A DNA stretch of 64,000 nt, taken from assembly GCA_964461665.1 (NCBI GenBank), contig CAYXAS010000002.1, positions 5,400 to 69,399 on the forward strand, written 5' to 3'. Below the pieces are notes generated by a model, which saw nothing but the letters and a program-made list of their open reading frames with translations, was not told the DNA's origin and did no database searches. The position numbers and the translations under genes were made by a program. This document shows, piece by piece, positions 36,810-46,936 of this stretch. This stretch comes from an uncultured Gaiellales bacterium. Lineage in GTDB: Bacteria; Actinomycetota; Thermoleophilia; Gaiellales; Gaiellaceae. Numbering within the stretch: position 1 is the stretch's first letter; the number at the start of each line of letters is the position of its first letter.

Positions 36810-38098
36810 CCCGACATGGTCGCACGTCGGCGTGGGTGTCCGCCAGTCGCCCTCTCGGACATGGCCCGTTCCGCGCGGATGCGGGCGAGGAGCGCCTCGG
36901 CCGGCTCGTCGGCCGGGGCCTGCGTGACGAGCTCGCCACGGAACGCGCGCTCGAGGATCGCACGGCGGAGCATCCGGGAGCGCGCCTGTGCCCGCTCGAT
37001 CGCGGCGCGCGCAGCATCGATCGCGGAGAGCTGCTCCTCGATCCGCGCCACGATCCGGCGCTGCTCGTCAAGGGGCGGGACCGGGATCTCGACGGTCTTG
37101 AACCTGGCGAGAGACACCTTCTTCTGCGCGACCCCGCTCGTAATCCGAGCGATCTGCGTTCTCACGCCATGCAGCACAAATGTCAATGCCAGATAGGCGG
37201 CCTCGGCCTCGTTGCATGGGGTCACCTTGATGCAGTCCGCCGTCAGCACGGCGGGCGGCCTATTACTCGGATAGACCGCAGCATCTCCAGGCGGGTCTCC
37301 CATCTTCGTAACGAGCAGGTCGCCTGCACGGACTTGGTGCGCGGCCAGCGCCTTGGCTTTCTCGGCCGATATGAACCGCGTTCCCGGTCCGCCGAACGCC
37401 CTGCGGCGGATGTCTCGAACGAAGATCAGTGGAACCCCGGAATCCGCGTAGTCGCTGACCTTGAGGTTGCTTCCGAACGGCCCGATCGCGAGTGCGTGTC
37501 GGCTTCCATCGCCGAGACGTTCCATCCGGCGAGTCATCCAGTCATCACCGATCGCGTCCACTACAGCGCTGCGACGCAGCGCATCAAGGCGGCGGAAGGC
37601 GGCTGAGAGGGAGGCGTCGGCGGCGTCGAGGCGGGAGAAGTGCTCCTCGATCGCCGCCACGATCCGCCGCTGCTCGGCGAGCGGCGCGACTGCGATCGTG
37701 TGAGCCCTCACCTGGTTGCCGTTTACTGCCTCAAACGTAGAACCCGTCCCAAGCTCTGCAAGGCTGCGGACTGACGCCCGGATCGCCCACAGCACGTAGC
37801 GGGAGTCGATACCTCCAAGAGGCCTGACGGCCGCAAGCCCGCGGCCGATAACACAGTCGGTTGGAGCGAGGTTCGTAGGCCCAACGGGGGCGCGTATGGA
37901 CAGCAGCACATCGCCTGCGCGTGCGAACTTGGACCCAGCGGTTGTCCACTTCTGAACCGTGGGCGTTAGGTCGCCGAACTCAGCCTTGCCCTGGAAGAAG
38001 GGCCGACCTTCACCATCGGCGTTGTAGAAACTCCCCGGCGGGGACTGGCCCAGGACGATCTCCGCAACCTCGTCGAGCCGAGCAGCGATCCAGCTCAC
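36806..38098 (-). CDS. hsdS: Type I restriction-modification specificity subunit
   Basis: 430-aa ORF with two target-recognition domains. They are separated and followed by the conserved helices PLAEQRRIVAAIEEHFSRLDAA and PLDEQRRIVARIEEQLSAIDAA. The TRD DNA is AT-richer (32 G+C of 60 nt counted at 37141-37200). Confidence 0.92.
   Translation of the reverse strand: MSWIAARLDEVAEIVLGQSPPGSFYNADGEGRPFFQGKAEFGDLTPTVQKWTTAGSKFARAGDVLLSIRAPVGPTNLAPTDCVIGRGLAAVRPLGGIDSRYVLWAIRASVRSLAELGTGSTFEAVNGNQVRAHTIAVAPLAEQRRIVAAIEEHFSRLDAADASLSAAFRRLDALRRSAVVDAIGDDWMTRRMERLGDGSRHALAIGPFGSNLKVSDYADSGVPLIFVRDIRRRAFGGPGTRFISAEKAKALAAHQVRAGDLLVTKMGDPPGDAAVYPSNRPPAVLTADCIKVTPCNEAEAAYLALTFVLHGVRTQIARITSGVAQKKVSLARFKTVEIPVPPLDEQRRIVARIEEQLSAIDAARAAIERAQARSRMLRRAILERAFRGELVTQAPADEPAEALLARIRAERAMSERATGGHPRRRATMSG
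37031..37676 (-). repeat. Pair of 37-bp direct repeats inside hsdS (conserved-region repeats)
   Basis: 37031-37067 (ctgctcctcgatccgcgccacgatccggcgctgctcg) versus 37640-37676 (gtgctcctcgatcgccgccacgatccgccgctgctcg). 33 of 37 positions are identical and the copies are 609 bp apart. Confidence 0.85.
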
Positions 38099-40896
38099 GC
38101 GGCGAGCGCCTCGTTGATCTCCGCGAGCAGAGGCGTGAGCCCGTCGCCGAACACCTGGGCCGCCCGCCCGAGCCCGCCCGCCTCGAGGAACGGCGTGAGG
38201 GAGAAGTCCTCGGCCGTGATCGCGAGCGAAGCGGAGACGTGGTCACGGATCCGGTCGAGCCAGGCGCGCTGCTCCCCGCTGAACATGCGCCCGGCGTTCT
38301 CCTGCTGGAGCAGCCAGGCGCGGTAGCGCTCGCGCACCAGATCGGGGTAGGCAACGAGCTCCTCGTCGTAGTGGAGCGCAACGCGGACGAGCGAGACGAG
38401 ATCGGTGAGGACGCGCCCGCCGGAGCCGTGGACTCTCGAGCGGTCGAGCTGCTCGTAGGCGGACCACAGCCGCTCGGGCGTCCAACCGTGCGGTGGGCGC
38501 GCGATCGCGAGGGCGAGCTCCTTCACCTCGCGGAAGGTGAGCCGCTGCGGCTGGCGGCGGGCGTAGAGGATCTCGAGCGCGGTGATCTCGTCGCGGTTGT
38601 CCGCACAGAAGCGCTCCCATGATTCGACGGTCCGCCGGGCGAGATCGGCGGCGTCGGCGGAGTAGCCAGCGTCGATCACCTCGTCGGTGGAGGTCTCGTC
38701 GATCGCCTGCTCGTGCATGCGGCGGAGATCGACGAGCCGCCGCCGCAGGTCGGGGCTGGTGGCGAGCGGGGCCAGCGCCTCGTCGAGCAGCCGCCGGGCG
38801 GTATCGACGATCTGCTCGGCGACGGGATCGACGCCACCTGCGGTCGCGCGCGCGGCCGCGAGTTGCCGATCGGGGTCGAGCGCGGTGACGATCTCGGACG
38901 CGATCTCCTTCAGCGTGCGACCGCCAGCGAGGACCCTAAGTTCGGCTCGTTCGTCCTTCCCGAGACGGCGGTCGAGTCGCGAGAGGCGCGCGGCGATCGA
39001 GGAGGCGACCTCCGGGTCGCGGTCGCCAAACGACACCTGGGTGAGCAGTTTCTCCAACGGGACGGTGGGAGCGCGGTCGAGCGGGACGGTGTCGACCAGT
39101 TCGCTCTCGGTGACGCCAACCGCATCGACGATCACGAACCGCTCCTTCGCCTTCGCGTCAGGGGTGACGGCCTGGAAGGCGGTCTCGTCGATCACGCGGA
39201 CACCGCGGCCCTTCATCTGCTCGAAGTACGTGCGGCTCTTGACCGAGCGCAGGAAGAACACGCACTCGAGTGGCTTCACGTCGGTGCCGGTGGCGATCAT
39301 GTCGACGGTCACCGCGATGCGCGGGTTGTAGGCGTTGCGGAAGGCGGCGATCAGCTCGTCGGCTTTCTTGCCCGTCGCCTTGTAGGTGATCTTTGCCGCG
39401 AAGTCGTTGCCCTTGCCGAACACTTCGCGCGCGAGCTGGACGATCTCGTCAGCGTGGGCGTCGTCCTTCGCGAAGATCAGCGTCTTCGGCACCTCGCTGC
39501 GGCCGGGGAAGATCTCGGTGAAGAGCTTGTCGCGGAAGGCCTCGAGCACGGTTCGGATCTGGTCGCGGGCCACGATGTCGCGGTCGAGTTGGGCCGCGGT
39601 GTAGTCGAGATCCTCGTCGAGCGTCTCCCAGCGGGCCTTGCGGGTCTGCCGGTCGCGAAACTCGGTCACGATCCCCGCGTCGATCGTCGAACCCTGCTCG
39701 GTGATCCGGGTGCGGATCCGGTACACGTCGAAGGGGACGTTGACCTGGTCGACGACAGCCTGCTCGTGCCCGTACTCCATCACGAGGTTCTGGTTGAAGA
39801 ACCCGAACGCCTGCTTGTTCGGTGTAGCCGTCAGACCGACCGTGAATGCGTCGAAGTAGTCGAGTACCTGCCGCCAGTTCCCGTAGATCGAGCGGTGGCA
39901 CTCATCCACGATCACAACGTCGAACATCTCCGGCGGAACCGCGGGGTTGTATTCGACCGGCACCGCCTCGGCCGCCAGCTCGTAGGCGGAGCGCTCGTCC
40001 AGCTCTGCGTCCAGTTCCGCGTCACCGCGGAGGATCGAATAGACCCGCTGGATCGTGGAGATACAGACACGGGACACCGGGTCGATCGTGTTCGAGCCGA
40101 GGTGCTGCACGTTGTAGAGATCGGTGAACTTCCGGCCGTCATCGGGCGTCGTGAACCCCTGGAACTCCTTCAGCGTCTGCCGCCCCAGGTTCGCCCGGTC
40201 GACCAGGAACAGGATCCGGCGGGCGTCTGCATGCTTGATCAGGCGGTACGCGACGTTCGCTGCGGTGAACGTCTTGCCCGAGCCGGTCGCCATCTGGATC
40301 AGCGCCCGCGGCAGGCCGTGCGCCAGAGAGGCCTCCAGGTTCGTGATCGCCGTGTGCTGCGCCGGCCAGAGTCCGGTGGGCTGCAGGTCGGGCGTCGCAC
40401 GGACGCGGTGTCGGAGTGTCGGCGCGAGCGGGTGGCGTCGCCGCTCGTCGAGCCAGCCGATCAGTGTCTCGGGCCGGTGGAACGAGAACACCGGCCGACT
40501 CGCCGGGTCGGGGTCGAGGCGGTTCGTGAACCGAGTCTCCGTCGCGGTCGACTCGTACACGAACGGCAAGCCGCCCTCGACCGCGGGCACGAGAGCGTCC
40601 GGCAGCCCGTCGGCGTAGCGGGCGCTCTGCCACTCGACCCCCGTCAGGGTCTCACCCTCCTTCTTCGCCTCGATCACCCCGGCGGCGCGGCCTTCGAGGA
40701 ACAGCAGGTAGTCCGCCCGGCCGTGGGGCGGCCTCATCACGAACTCCCGCACCGCAACCCCGCGCGAAGTGCCGAGGTTCACCGCGTCGGCACTCTGCAC
40801 CGTCCACCCTGAGGCTTCGAGCATGCGGTCGATCCCGACCCGGGCTCGCGCCTCGGGACCCAGGTATGCGGCGACGTCTCTAGTCACAGCGAGCAT
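38095..40896 (-). CDS. hsdR: Type I restriction endonuclease subunit R
   Basis: 933-aa ORF with an N-terminal nuclease region (RADYLLFLEGRAAGVIEAKK), SF2 helicase Walker A MATGSGKT and a DEAH-like VIVDECHRS. It also has a long C-terminal helical domain. The stop overlaps the hsdS GTG. Confidence 0.93.
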   Translation of the reverse strand: MLAVTRDVAAYLGPEARARVGIDRMLEASGWTVQSADAVNLGTSRGVAVREFVMRPPHGRADYLLFLEGRAAGVIEAKKEGETLTGVEWQSARYADGLPDALVPAVEGGLPFVYESTATETRFTNRLDPDPASRPVFSFHRPETLIGWLDERRRHPLAPTLRHRVRATPDLQPTGLWPAQHTAITNLEASLAHGLPRALIQMATGSGKTFTAANVAYRLIKHADARRILFLVDRANLGRQTLKEFQGFTTPDDGRKFTDLYNVQHLGSNTIDPVSRVCISTIQRVYSILRGDAELDAELDERSAYELAAEAVPVEYNPAVPPEMFDVVIVDECHRSIYGNWRQVLDYFDAFTVGLTATPNKQAFGFFNQNLVMEYGHEQAVVDQVNVPFDVYRIRTRITEQGSTIDAGIVTEFRDRQTRKARWETLDEDLDYTAAQLDRDIVARDQIRTVLEAFRDKLFTEIFPGRSEVPKTLIFAKDDAHADEIVQLAREVFGKGNDFAAKITYKATGKKADELIAAFRNAYNPRIAVTVDMIATGTDVKPLECVFFLRSVKSRTYFEQMKGRGVRVIDETAFQAVTPDAKAKERFVIVDAVGVTESELVDTVPLDRAPTVPLEKLLTQVSFGDRDPEVASSIAARLSRLDRRLGKDERAELRVLAGGRTLKEIASEIVTALDPDRQLAAARATAGGVDPVAEQIVDTARRLLDEALAPLATSPDLRRRLVDLRRMHEQAIDETSTDEVIDAGYSADAADLARRTVESWERFCADNRDEITALEILYARRQPQRLTFREVKELALAIARPPHGWTPERLWSAYEQLDRSRVHGSGGRVLTDLVSLVRVALHYDEELVAYPDLVRERYRAWLLQQENAGRMFSGEQRAWLDRIRDHVSASLAITAEDFSLTPFLEAGGLGRAAQVFGDGLTPLLAEINEALAA

Positions 40897-41036
40897 TGTT
40901 CTCGAACGGTCGGATCGGCGTGTTCCGCGATCGCTTCGGTCACGCGCGCGTCCGTCGAAAGGTCAACGCAAGCGCGATCCGCAGATCTCGGGTGCGATGC
41001 GACGCCCTCGAACGCCGATCGGCGCGCGAGGCGGCC

Positions 41037-41053
41037 GAGCCGGGAGTTCCGGC
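41037..41053 (-). terminator. Short hairpin downstream of the 78-aa gene, upstream of hsdR
   Basis: AGCCGG (41037-41042) / CCGGCT (41048-41053) with a 5-nt loop, 3 nt from the stop at 41056-41058. Confidence 0.35.
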
Positions 41054-41055
41054 TG

Positions 41056-41292
41056 CTACCGCTGAGCGGCTTTTGCCGCTTCGGCCATGTCGCCGCCGAC
41101 AGCGCGGAGGATCTCCGGGCGGTCGAGCAAGCGCGCGCGCTGCGCCGGGGACGTAAGCCGATTCACCACGTACTTGTCCTCGAGGATCTCTGCGAGCGAC
41201 CGACCACGGTCGTGCTCGCGGATCACGTACTGCGCCACCCGCTCCTCTGCACCCGAGGACTGGGAGAGAAACGAGAACAGGTTCTTCAGCAT
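41056..41292 (-). CDS. Hypothetical small soluble protein (78 aa)
   Basis: ORF 41056..41355; from the internal ATG 41292: MLKNLFSFLSQSSGAEERVAQYVIREHDRGRSLAEILEDKYVVNRL... No family recognised. Confidence 0.5.
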   Translation of the reverse strand: MLKNLFSFLSQSSGAEERVAQYVIREHDRGRSLAEILEDKYVVNRLTSPAQRARLLDRPEILRAVGGDMAEAAKAAQR

Positions 41293-41375
41293 CGCCTGCG
41301 GATCATGCCACGCAACGCCAGAGGCCGTCGGTTGCTGCCGCCCCGCGCGACGCACGCTGGTACGGTCGCGCGTCC

Positions 41376-42197
<822 letters not shown>

Positions 42198-42203
42198 CGA
42201 GCC

Positions 42204-43133
42204 CTAGAGCGTGTGGCCGACGCCGCGCTCGCGCGCGCGCCGGACGAGCTCGTGGGCGAGCGCAATGTCCCACGGCGCGATCCCGTTCGACTTGAACACG
42301 ACGATGTCGCGATCCGACTGGCGGCCCACGACCTCTCCCGCGACGACCTCGTGCAACTCGTGCACCTCGAGCCAGTCGAGCTTCCCAGCGGCGATCGGCT
42401 CGATCAGATCACCGGATTCGAGCTTTGCGTCCTCGATCGAGTCGCAACAGACGAACGATGCGCGCGGAATCACCTGCGCGTCCAGTTCCCGTTTGCGCGG
42501 GTCGTTCGCGCCGACCGCGATCACGAGCGCGCCCTCGCGCAGCCACTCGCCACGCAGCACCGGATCGTCAGCGGTCGTGACCGTGACGACGATGTCGCAT
42601 GCGGCCGCATCGGAGGGGGTCTCGGCGACCTCGGCCCCGTTGGCGTGTGCGAAGGACTCGGTGCGTTCGCGCGTGCGTGAGGAGACGACCACGCGCTCGA
42701 GCGTGGGGACCGCCGCGCGGATCGCAGCGAGCTGGGAGTGGGCCTGCCACCCTGCGCCGAAGATCCCGATGCTCGTCGCACCTGTGCGCGCGAGATGTTT
42801 CGCTGCAACCCCGCTCGCCGCGCCGGTCCGGATCTGACCGAGCCGGTCGGCCGCGATCGTGGCGGCGAGCTCCCCGGTGGTGAGATCGAACAGGCAGACG
42901 ACGAACGCGAGCTTTCCCTCGACGACCGTGTAGCTCTTGAGCCCCGCAACACCGAGTCCGCGATCGGCTGCAGCCATCACCGCGAAGTACCCGCCGTCGA
43001 TGCCGAAACGGCGACGCGGCATCAGCTCGACCTCGCCCGCAGCCATCCGGCGGAAGCAGTCCTCGATCACCGGGACCGCATCGGCCGGGGTCGCGAGCGA
43101 CGCGACATCCTCTTCTGAGAGCCAGAGCGGCAC
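42204..43133 (-). CDS. Ornithine cyclodeaminase / mu-crystallin family protein
   Basis: 309-aa ORF with [16 protein letters not shown] and the Rossmann segment [14 protein letters not shown]. Confidence 0.88.
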   Translation of the reverse strand: MPLWLSEEDVASLATPADAVPVIEDCFRRMAAGEVELMPRRRFGIDGGYFAVMAAADRGLGVAGLKSYTVVEGKLAFVVCLFDLTTGELAATIAADRLGQIRTGAASGVAAKHLARTGATSIGIFGAGWQAHSQLAAIRAAVPTLERVVVSSRTRERTESFAHANGAEVAETPSDAAACDIVVTVTTADDPVLRGEWLREGALVIAVGANDPRKRELDAQVIPRASFVCCDSIEDAKLESGDLIEPIAAGKLDWLEVHELHEVVAGEVVGRQSDRDIVVFKSNGIAPWDIALAHELVRRARERGVGHTL

Positions 43134-43162
43134 GGTCGGAGTCTACGGCGACGGAAGGTGCG

Positions 43163-44335
43163 TCAGACGCGCTCGAACAGCGCGGCCTGGCCCTGGCCGA
43201 CTCCGACGCACAGCGTCGCGAGTCCCCAGCGGCCACCGCGGCGGCGCAGCTCATGCATGAGCGTGACGACGAGCCGTGCCCCGCTCATCCCGAGCGGATG
43301 GCCGATCGCGATCGCGCCACCGTTGACGTTGACCCGATCCGGGTCGAGTGAGAGTTCGCGGATCACCGCGATCGCCTGGGACGCGAACGCCTCGTTCAGT
43401 TCCACGAGATCGAGATCGCCCGCTTCGAGCCCCGCTCGGGTGAGCAGCTTGCGGACGGCAGGCACGGGTCCGATCCCCATCACCGCAGGATCGACACCTG
43501 CGGCGGCCGACCCGGCGAAACGCGCCAGCGGTTCGAGCCCGTGGGCGCGTGCCCAGTCGTCGCTCGCGATCACCAGCGCCGCCGCCCCGTCGTTGATCCC
43601 GCTCGAGTTCCCCGCGGTCACCGTCCCGCCCTCGCGAAACGCGGCGCGCAGCCCTGCGAGCGCAGCCACGGTCGTACCCGGGCGGGGATGCTCGTCGTGT
43701 TCGAGACCCGCCACCGGGAGCAACTCGTCCGCGAAGCGGCCTGCCTCGTGTGCGGCCGCCCAACGCTGTTGCGAGGTGAGCGCGAACGCGTCCTGCTCCT
43801 CCCGACTCACCCCCCATCGCTCCGCGACGTTCTCACCGGTCGAGCCCATCGGCTCGCTCGAGAACTGCTCCGCGTAGCGCGGGTTGACGAACCGCCAGCC
43901 GAGCGTCGTGTCGTACAGCGGTCGCTCGCCCCGCGCCCAGGGCGCGTCGGGCTTCGCGGTCACGAGCGGCGCACGCGTCATCGACTCGACCCCGCCCGCG
44001 ACGACGACATCCGCGTCACCCGCGATCACCGCTGCGGACGCGGCCGCGATCGCCGAGAGTCCCGAGGCGCACAGCCGGTTGACCGTCACCCCCGGAACCG
44101 TCTCCGGCAGGCCCGCGAGGAGCGCGGCGAAACGGGCGACGTTGCGGTTGTCCTCGCCCGCCTGGTTCGCACAGCCGAGCCAGACGTCGTCGATCGCCGA
44201 CGCCTCGACTCCGGCCCGCTCGACCGCGGCCGCGACCGCGAGCGCCGCGAGATCGTCGGGACGGATCTCCGCGAGTCCACCGCCGTAGCGGCCGACCGGC
44301 GTACGGACTGCGGAGAGGACGACCGCGTGCCTCAC
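43163..44335 (-). CDS. Acetyl-CoA C-acyltransferase (thiolase; 3-oxoadipyl-CoA thiolase-like)
   Basis: 390-aa ORF with [10 protein letters not shown], the active-site Cys in [11 protein letters not shown], and C-terminal [12 protein letters not shown]. Confidence 0.92.
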   Translation of the reverse strand: MRHAVVLSAVRTPVGRYGGGLAEIRPDDLAALAVAAAVERAGVEASAIDDVWLGCANQAGEDNRNVARFAALLAGLPETVPGVTVNRLCASGLSAIAAASAAVIAGDADVVVAGGVESMTRAPLVTAKPDAPWARGERPLYDTTLGWRFVNPRYAEQFSSEPMGSTGENVAERWGVSREEQDAFALTSQQRWAAAHEAGRFADELLPVAGLEHDEHPRPGTTVAALAGLRAAFREGGTVTAGNSSGINDGAAALVIASDDWARAHGLEPLARFAGSAAAGVDPAVMGIGPVPAVRKLLTRAGLEAGDLDLVELNEAFASQAIAVIRELSLDPDRVNVNGGAIAIGHPLGMSGARLVVTLMHELRRRGGRWGLATLCVGVGQGQAALFERV

Positions 44336-44958
44336 GGAGCGCCTACCCCCGCCAGCAGCCGCTCGACAGCCGCAAACGCGTGTGGGCCGATCCGGTGCTC
44401 GGGATCGTCATCGATCTCGAGCGTCACCGCAGCGCCTGCGTCACGGAATGCCTGCGCGGACGAGCGGACACGCTCGACCGCCACCCACGTGTCGAGCGAA
44501 CTGGTGGTGAACGCGACGGGGACCCCATCGAGCCGTCCGTCGGGGCCGCGCCACTCGTCGTCGGCACCGGCGAGCGCACCGGTCAGCACGGCCGCGCCAC
44601 CGACCCGCTGCGGTTTGCGCGCGAGGCACTCGGCCACGAGGCAGGCGCCCTGCGAGAACCCGACGAGCACGATCCGCTCGAGCGGCAGACCCCCAGCGAG
44701 GAGCGCCTCGACCTCGCGGTCCATCGTTGCGAGCGCCGCCCCGAGCCACGGCTCGTTCTCGTGGCGCGGCACGTTGAACCGCTGCGGCCACCAACTCGAA
44801 CCGACCGCCTGCGGCAGGCGGTACGCCACATCGCGCGGGAGCGCCGAGACCAGACCGGCGAGCATTCCCTCGGCCGTTCCCCCGCGCCCGTGCACCATAA
44901 TCGCGCCGGCGCGGGCCTCGTCAGGACGGCTGCCCGCGGTGAGACTCGCGGTGCTCAA
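44332..44958 (-). CDS. Phospholipase/carboxylesterase-family alpha/beta hydrolase (MhqD-like)
   Basis: ORF 44332..45087 with the nucleophile elbow GFSQGA. TTG 44958 gives a TTGA overlap with the upstream stop, so the start is provisional. Confidence 0.75.
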   Translation of the reverse strand: MSTASLTAGSRPDEARAGAIMVHGRGGTAEGMLAGLVSALPRDVAYRLPQAVGSSWWPQRFNVPRHENEPWLGAALATMDREVEALLAGGLPLERIVLVGFSQGACLVAECLARKPQRVGGAAVLTGALAGADDEWRGPDGRLDGVPVAFTTSSLDTWVAVERVRSSAQAFRDAGAAVTLEIDDDPEHRIGPHAFAAVERLLAGVGAP

Positions 44959-45908
44959 TCGGTGTTGATCGGCTCGAGCGTGGCCATCATCTCGTCGCGC
45001 ATGTGCGCGAATACGGGGGGAACCATGAACCCCTTGCCGAGCTGGTCGGCGGGTTCGTCGATCGTCCACCCTTCCGGCTTCGACCACGCGAGTTCGACGA
45101 GGGCGCCGCTGGGTGAGCGGTTGTACGTCGAGCAGAAGTAGCCGCGATCCTTCATCTCGGTCACGTCGGTGTACCCGATCCCCTCGACGTGGAACTTCGC
45201 CTTCTCCTGCGCCTCGGCGTTGCCGATGTCGTAGGCGACGTGGTGCACTGTCCCCTCGGCAAAGTGCCAGGTGCCCGGCCGCACATCCGGTTCGTGCAGG
45301 AGATCGATGACCCGGCCGACCCCATCCCCCATCTCGTAGCGGCGGGTTTCCGCGCTCTCATCCGTGACGGTCGCCCCGTGTCCGACCGTGAGGTAGTGGT
45401 GCATTGGGTCGAGGTCGAGGACCGAGATCGTGACGCCGTAGGTGCCACGGATCGCGCGTTCGACCGGGACGCCGTTCCCGCCCCACGGCCTGCCGTACGC
45501 GGCGTCGTTGTCCTCGCCGACGAACGAGTACTCGATCCCGCACGGGTGGGCGAAGTGGATCCGCGGCGCGCCCGCGCGCTCGGCAGCCTCCCAGCGGATC
45601 CCGTGCTCGCCGAGCCGGTTCGACCACCAGTCGAGCGATGACGCGGGCACCGAGAGATCGACCGACTTGACCTGGTTCGACCCGGCGCGGCCCATGAGGC
45701 CAAGGTGGCGGACGGGGAAGGAGGTGATGATCGTCCCGGGGTCGCCGTCCGCGTTTCCGTAGTAGAGGTGGTAGATCGGCGAGGTGCCGTCGTAGAGCGC
45801 GGTCTTCTTGATGAACCGCAGCCCGAGCACCCGTGCGTGAAAGTCGTAGTCCTCCTGCGCTCCGCCCGTCGAGAGCGTCAGGTGGTGGTTGCGGCGGATC
45901 GCGGTCAT
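44955..45908 (-). CDS. VOC-superfamily ring-cleaving (hydroquinone-type, MhqO/MhqE-like) dioxygenase
   Basis: Real part of ORF 44955..46322 from ATG 45908 (MTAIRRNHHLTLSTGGAQEDYDFHARVLGLRFIKKT...). It has two glyoxalase-like repeats. Confidence 0.8.
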   Translation of the reverse strand: MTAIRRNHHLTLSTGGAQEDYDFHARVLGLRFIKKTALYDGTSPIYHLYYGNADGDPGTIITSFPVRHLGLMGRAGSNQVKSVDLSVPASSLDWWSNRLGEHGIRWEAAERAGAPRIHFAHPCGIEYSFVGEDNDAAYGRPWGGNGVPVERAIRGTYGVTISVLDLDPMHHYLTVGHGATVTDESAETRRYEMGDGVGRVIDLLHEPDVRPGTWHFAEGTVHHVAYDIGNAEAQEKAKFHVEGIGYTDVTEMKDRGYFCSTYNRSPSGALVELAWSKPEGWTIDEPADQLGKGFMVPPVFAHMRDEMMATLEPINTD

Positions 45909-45971
45909 CACATGCTCCCTCGCGTCGTCGGTTGCGCCTCGTCGGGCCAGCGCGAGCCTATCGCGCCCGGG

Positions 45972-45986
45972 AACCTTGACAAGGTT
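45972..45986. promoter_or_regulatory. Perfect 15-bp palindrome AACCTTGACAAGGTT in divergent promoter region (contains TTGACA)
   Basis: Read directly at 45972-45986, between the divergent dioxygenase genes (starts at 45908 and 46044). It embeds a consensus -35 hexamer on the plus strand. Confidence 0.45.
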
Positions 45987-46043
45987 GCCGCCCGCTGCGA
46001 CGTTCGCCTGCGACGCACGCATGCGCCGTGCGAACATCCCACG

Positions 46044-46925
46044 ATGACCCACGACGCCGACGCCACCTCCCCCGCCGACATCACCGCGGGTGTGCTCGCC
46101 GCCTTCGCGGGGTGCGAGGACGAGCGACTCCTGGAGATCATGCGGGCGCTCGTTCGCCATCTCCACGGGTTCGCGGTCGAGGTCGGCCTGACGGGCAAGG
46201 AGTGGGAGGCGGGGATCCGCTTCCTGACCGACACCGGCCACATCACCGACGAGGTGCGGCAGGAGTTCATCCTCCTCTCGGACACGCTCGGCTTCTCGAT
46301 GCTCGTGGACGCGGTCAACCACGATCGGGCGGGCGGCGGCACGGAGTCGACGGTGCTCGGCCCGTTTTGGGCGGCGGCCTCCCCCGAGCGGCCCTACGGG
46401 GACTCGATCATCGAAGAGCCAGCGGGGGAACCGGTCTTCGTGCGCGGGCGGGTGCTCTCGCTCAATGGGACGCCGATCGCGGGCGCCCGCCTAGACGTCT
46501 GGCAGAACGGGGACGACAGCCTCTACCAGGTGCAGAAGCCAGACGGCAACCCCCACAATCTGCGCGGGCTGTTCACGACCCGCGAGGACGGGGGGTTCGC
46601 GTTCGTCGCGGTGCGCCCGACCGACTACACGATCCCGGACGACGGCCCGGTGGGGAAGATGCTCGCGGCGACCGGGCGACACGCCTGGCGGCCCGCGCAC
46701 CTCCACGTGATCGTGAGCGCGGGGGGGCACGAGACGGTCGTCACCCACCTGTTCGACCGCGAGAGCACCCACCTCGACTCCGACGTCGTGTTCGGCGTCA
46801 AGCCGTCGCTCATCCGCGACTTCGTGTCGCGCGACCCGGACGATGCCGAACGGCCCGCGGGCATCGAGGGCGCCTGGTTCTCGCTCGAGACCGACTTCGT
46901 CCTCGTCCCCGCGACCGGCGACTGA
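46044..46925 (+). CDS. Intradiol ring-cleavage dioxygenase (hydroxyquinol 1,2-dioxygenase-like)
   Basis: Real part of ORF 45705..46925 from ATG 46044. It has LSDTLGFSMLVD, GRVLSLNGTPIAGARLDVWQ and HAWRPAHLHV motifs of the catechol/hydroxyquinol 1,2-dioxygenases. Confidence 0.88.
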   Translation: MTHDADATSPADITAGVLAAFAGCEDERLLEIMRALVRHLHGFAVEVGLTGKEWEAGIRFLTDTGHITDEVRQEFILLSDTLGFSMLVDAVNHDRAGGGTESTVLGPFWAAASPERPYGDSIIEEPAGEPVFVRGRVLSLNGTPIAGARLDVWQNGDDSLYQVQKPDGNPHNLRGLFTTREDGGFAFVAVRPTDYTIPDDGPVGKMLAATGRHAWRPAHLHVIVSAGGHETVVTHLFDRESTHLDSDVVFGVKPSLIRDFVSRDPDDAERPAGIEGAWFSLETDFVLVPATGD

Positions 46926-46936
46926 CGGGCGGCCGC

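Noticed and set aside
38713-40812. 699-aa plus-strand ORF antisense to hsdR
   Set aside because: hsdR on the opposite strand has clear helicase and nuclease motifs. The antisense ORF is Arg/Asp/Leu-rich with no recognisable domain.
43541-44968. 475-aa plus-strand ORF antisense to the thiolase and hydrolase genes
   Set aside because: Same reasoning: an antisense artefact of GC-rich sequence.
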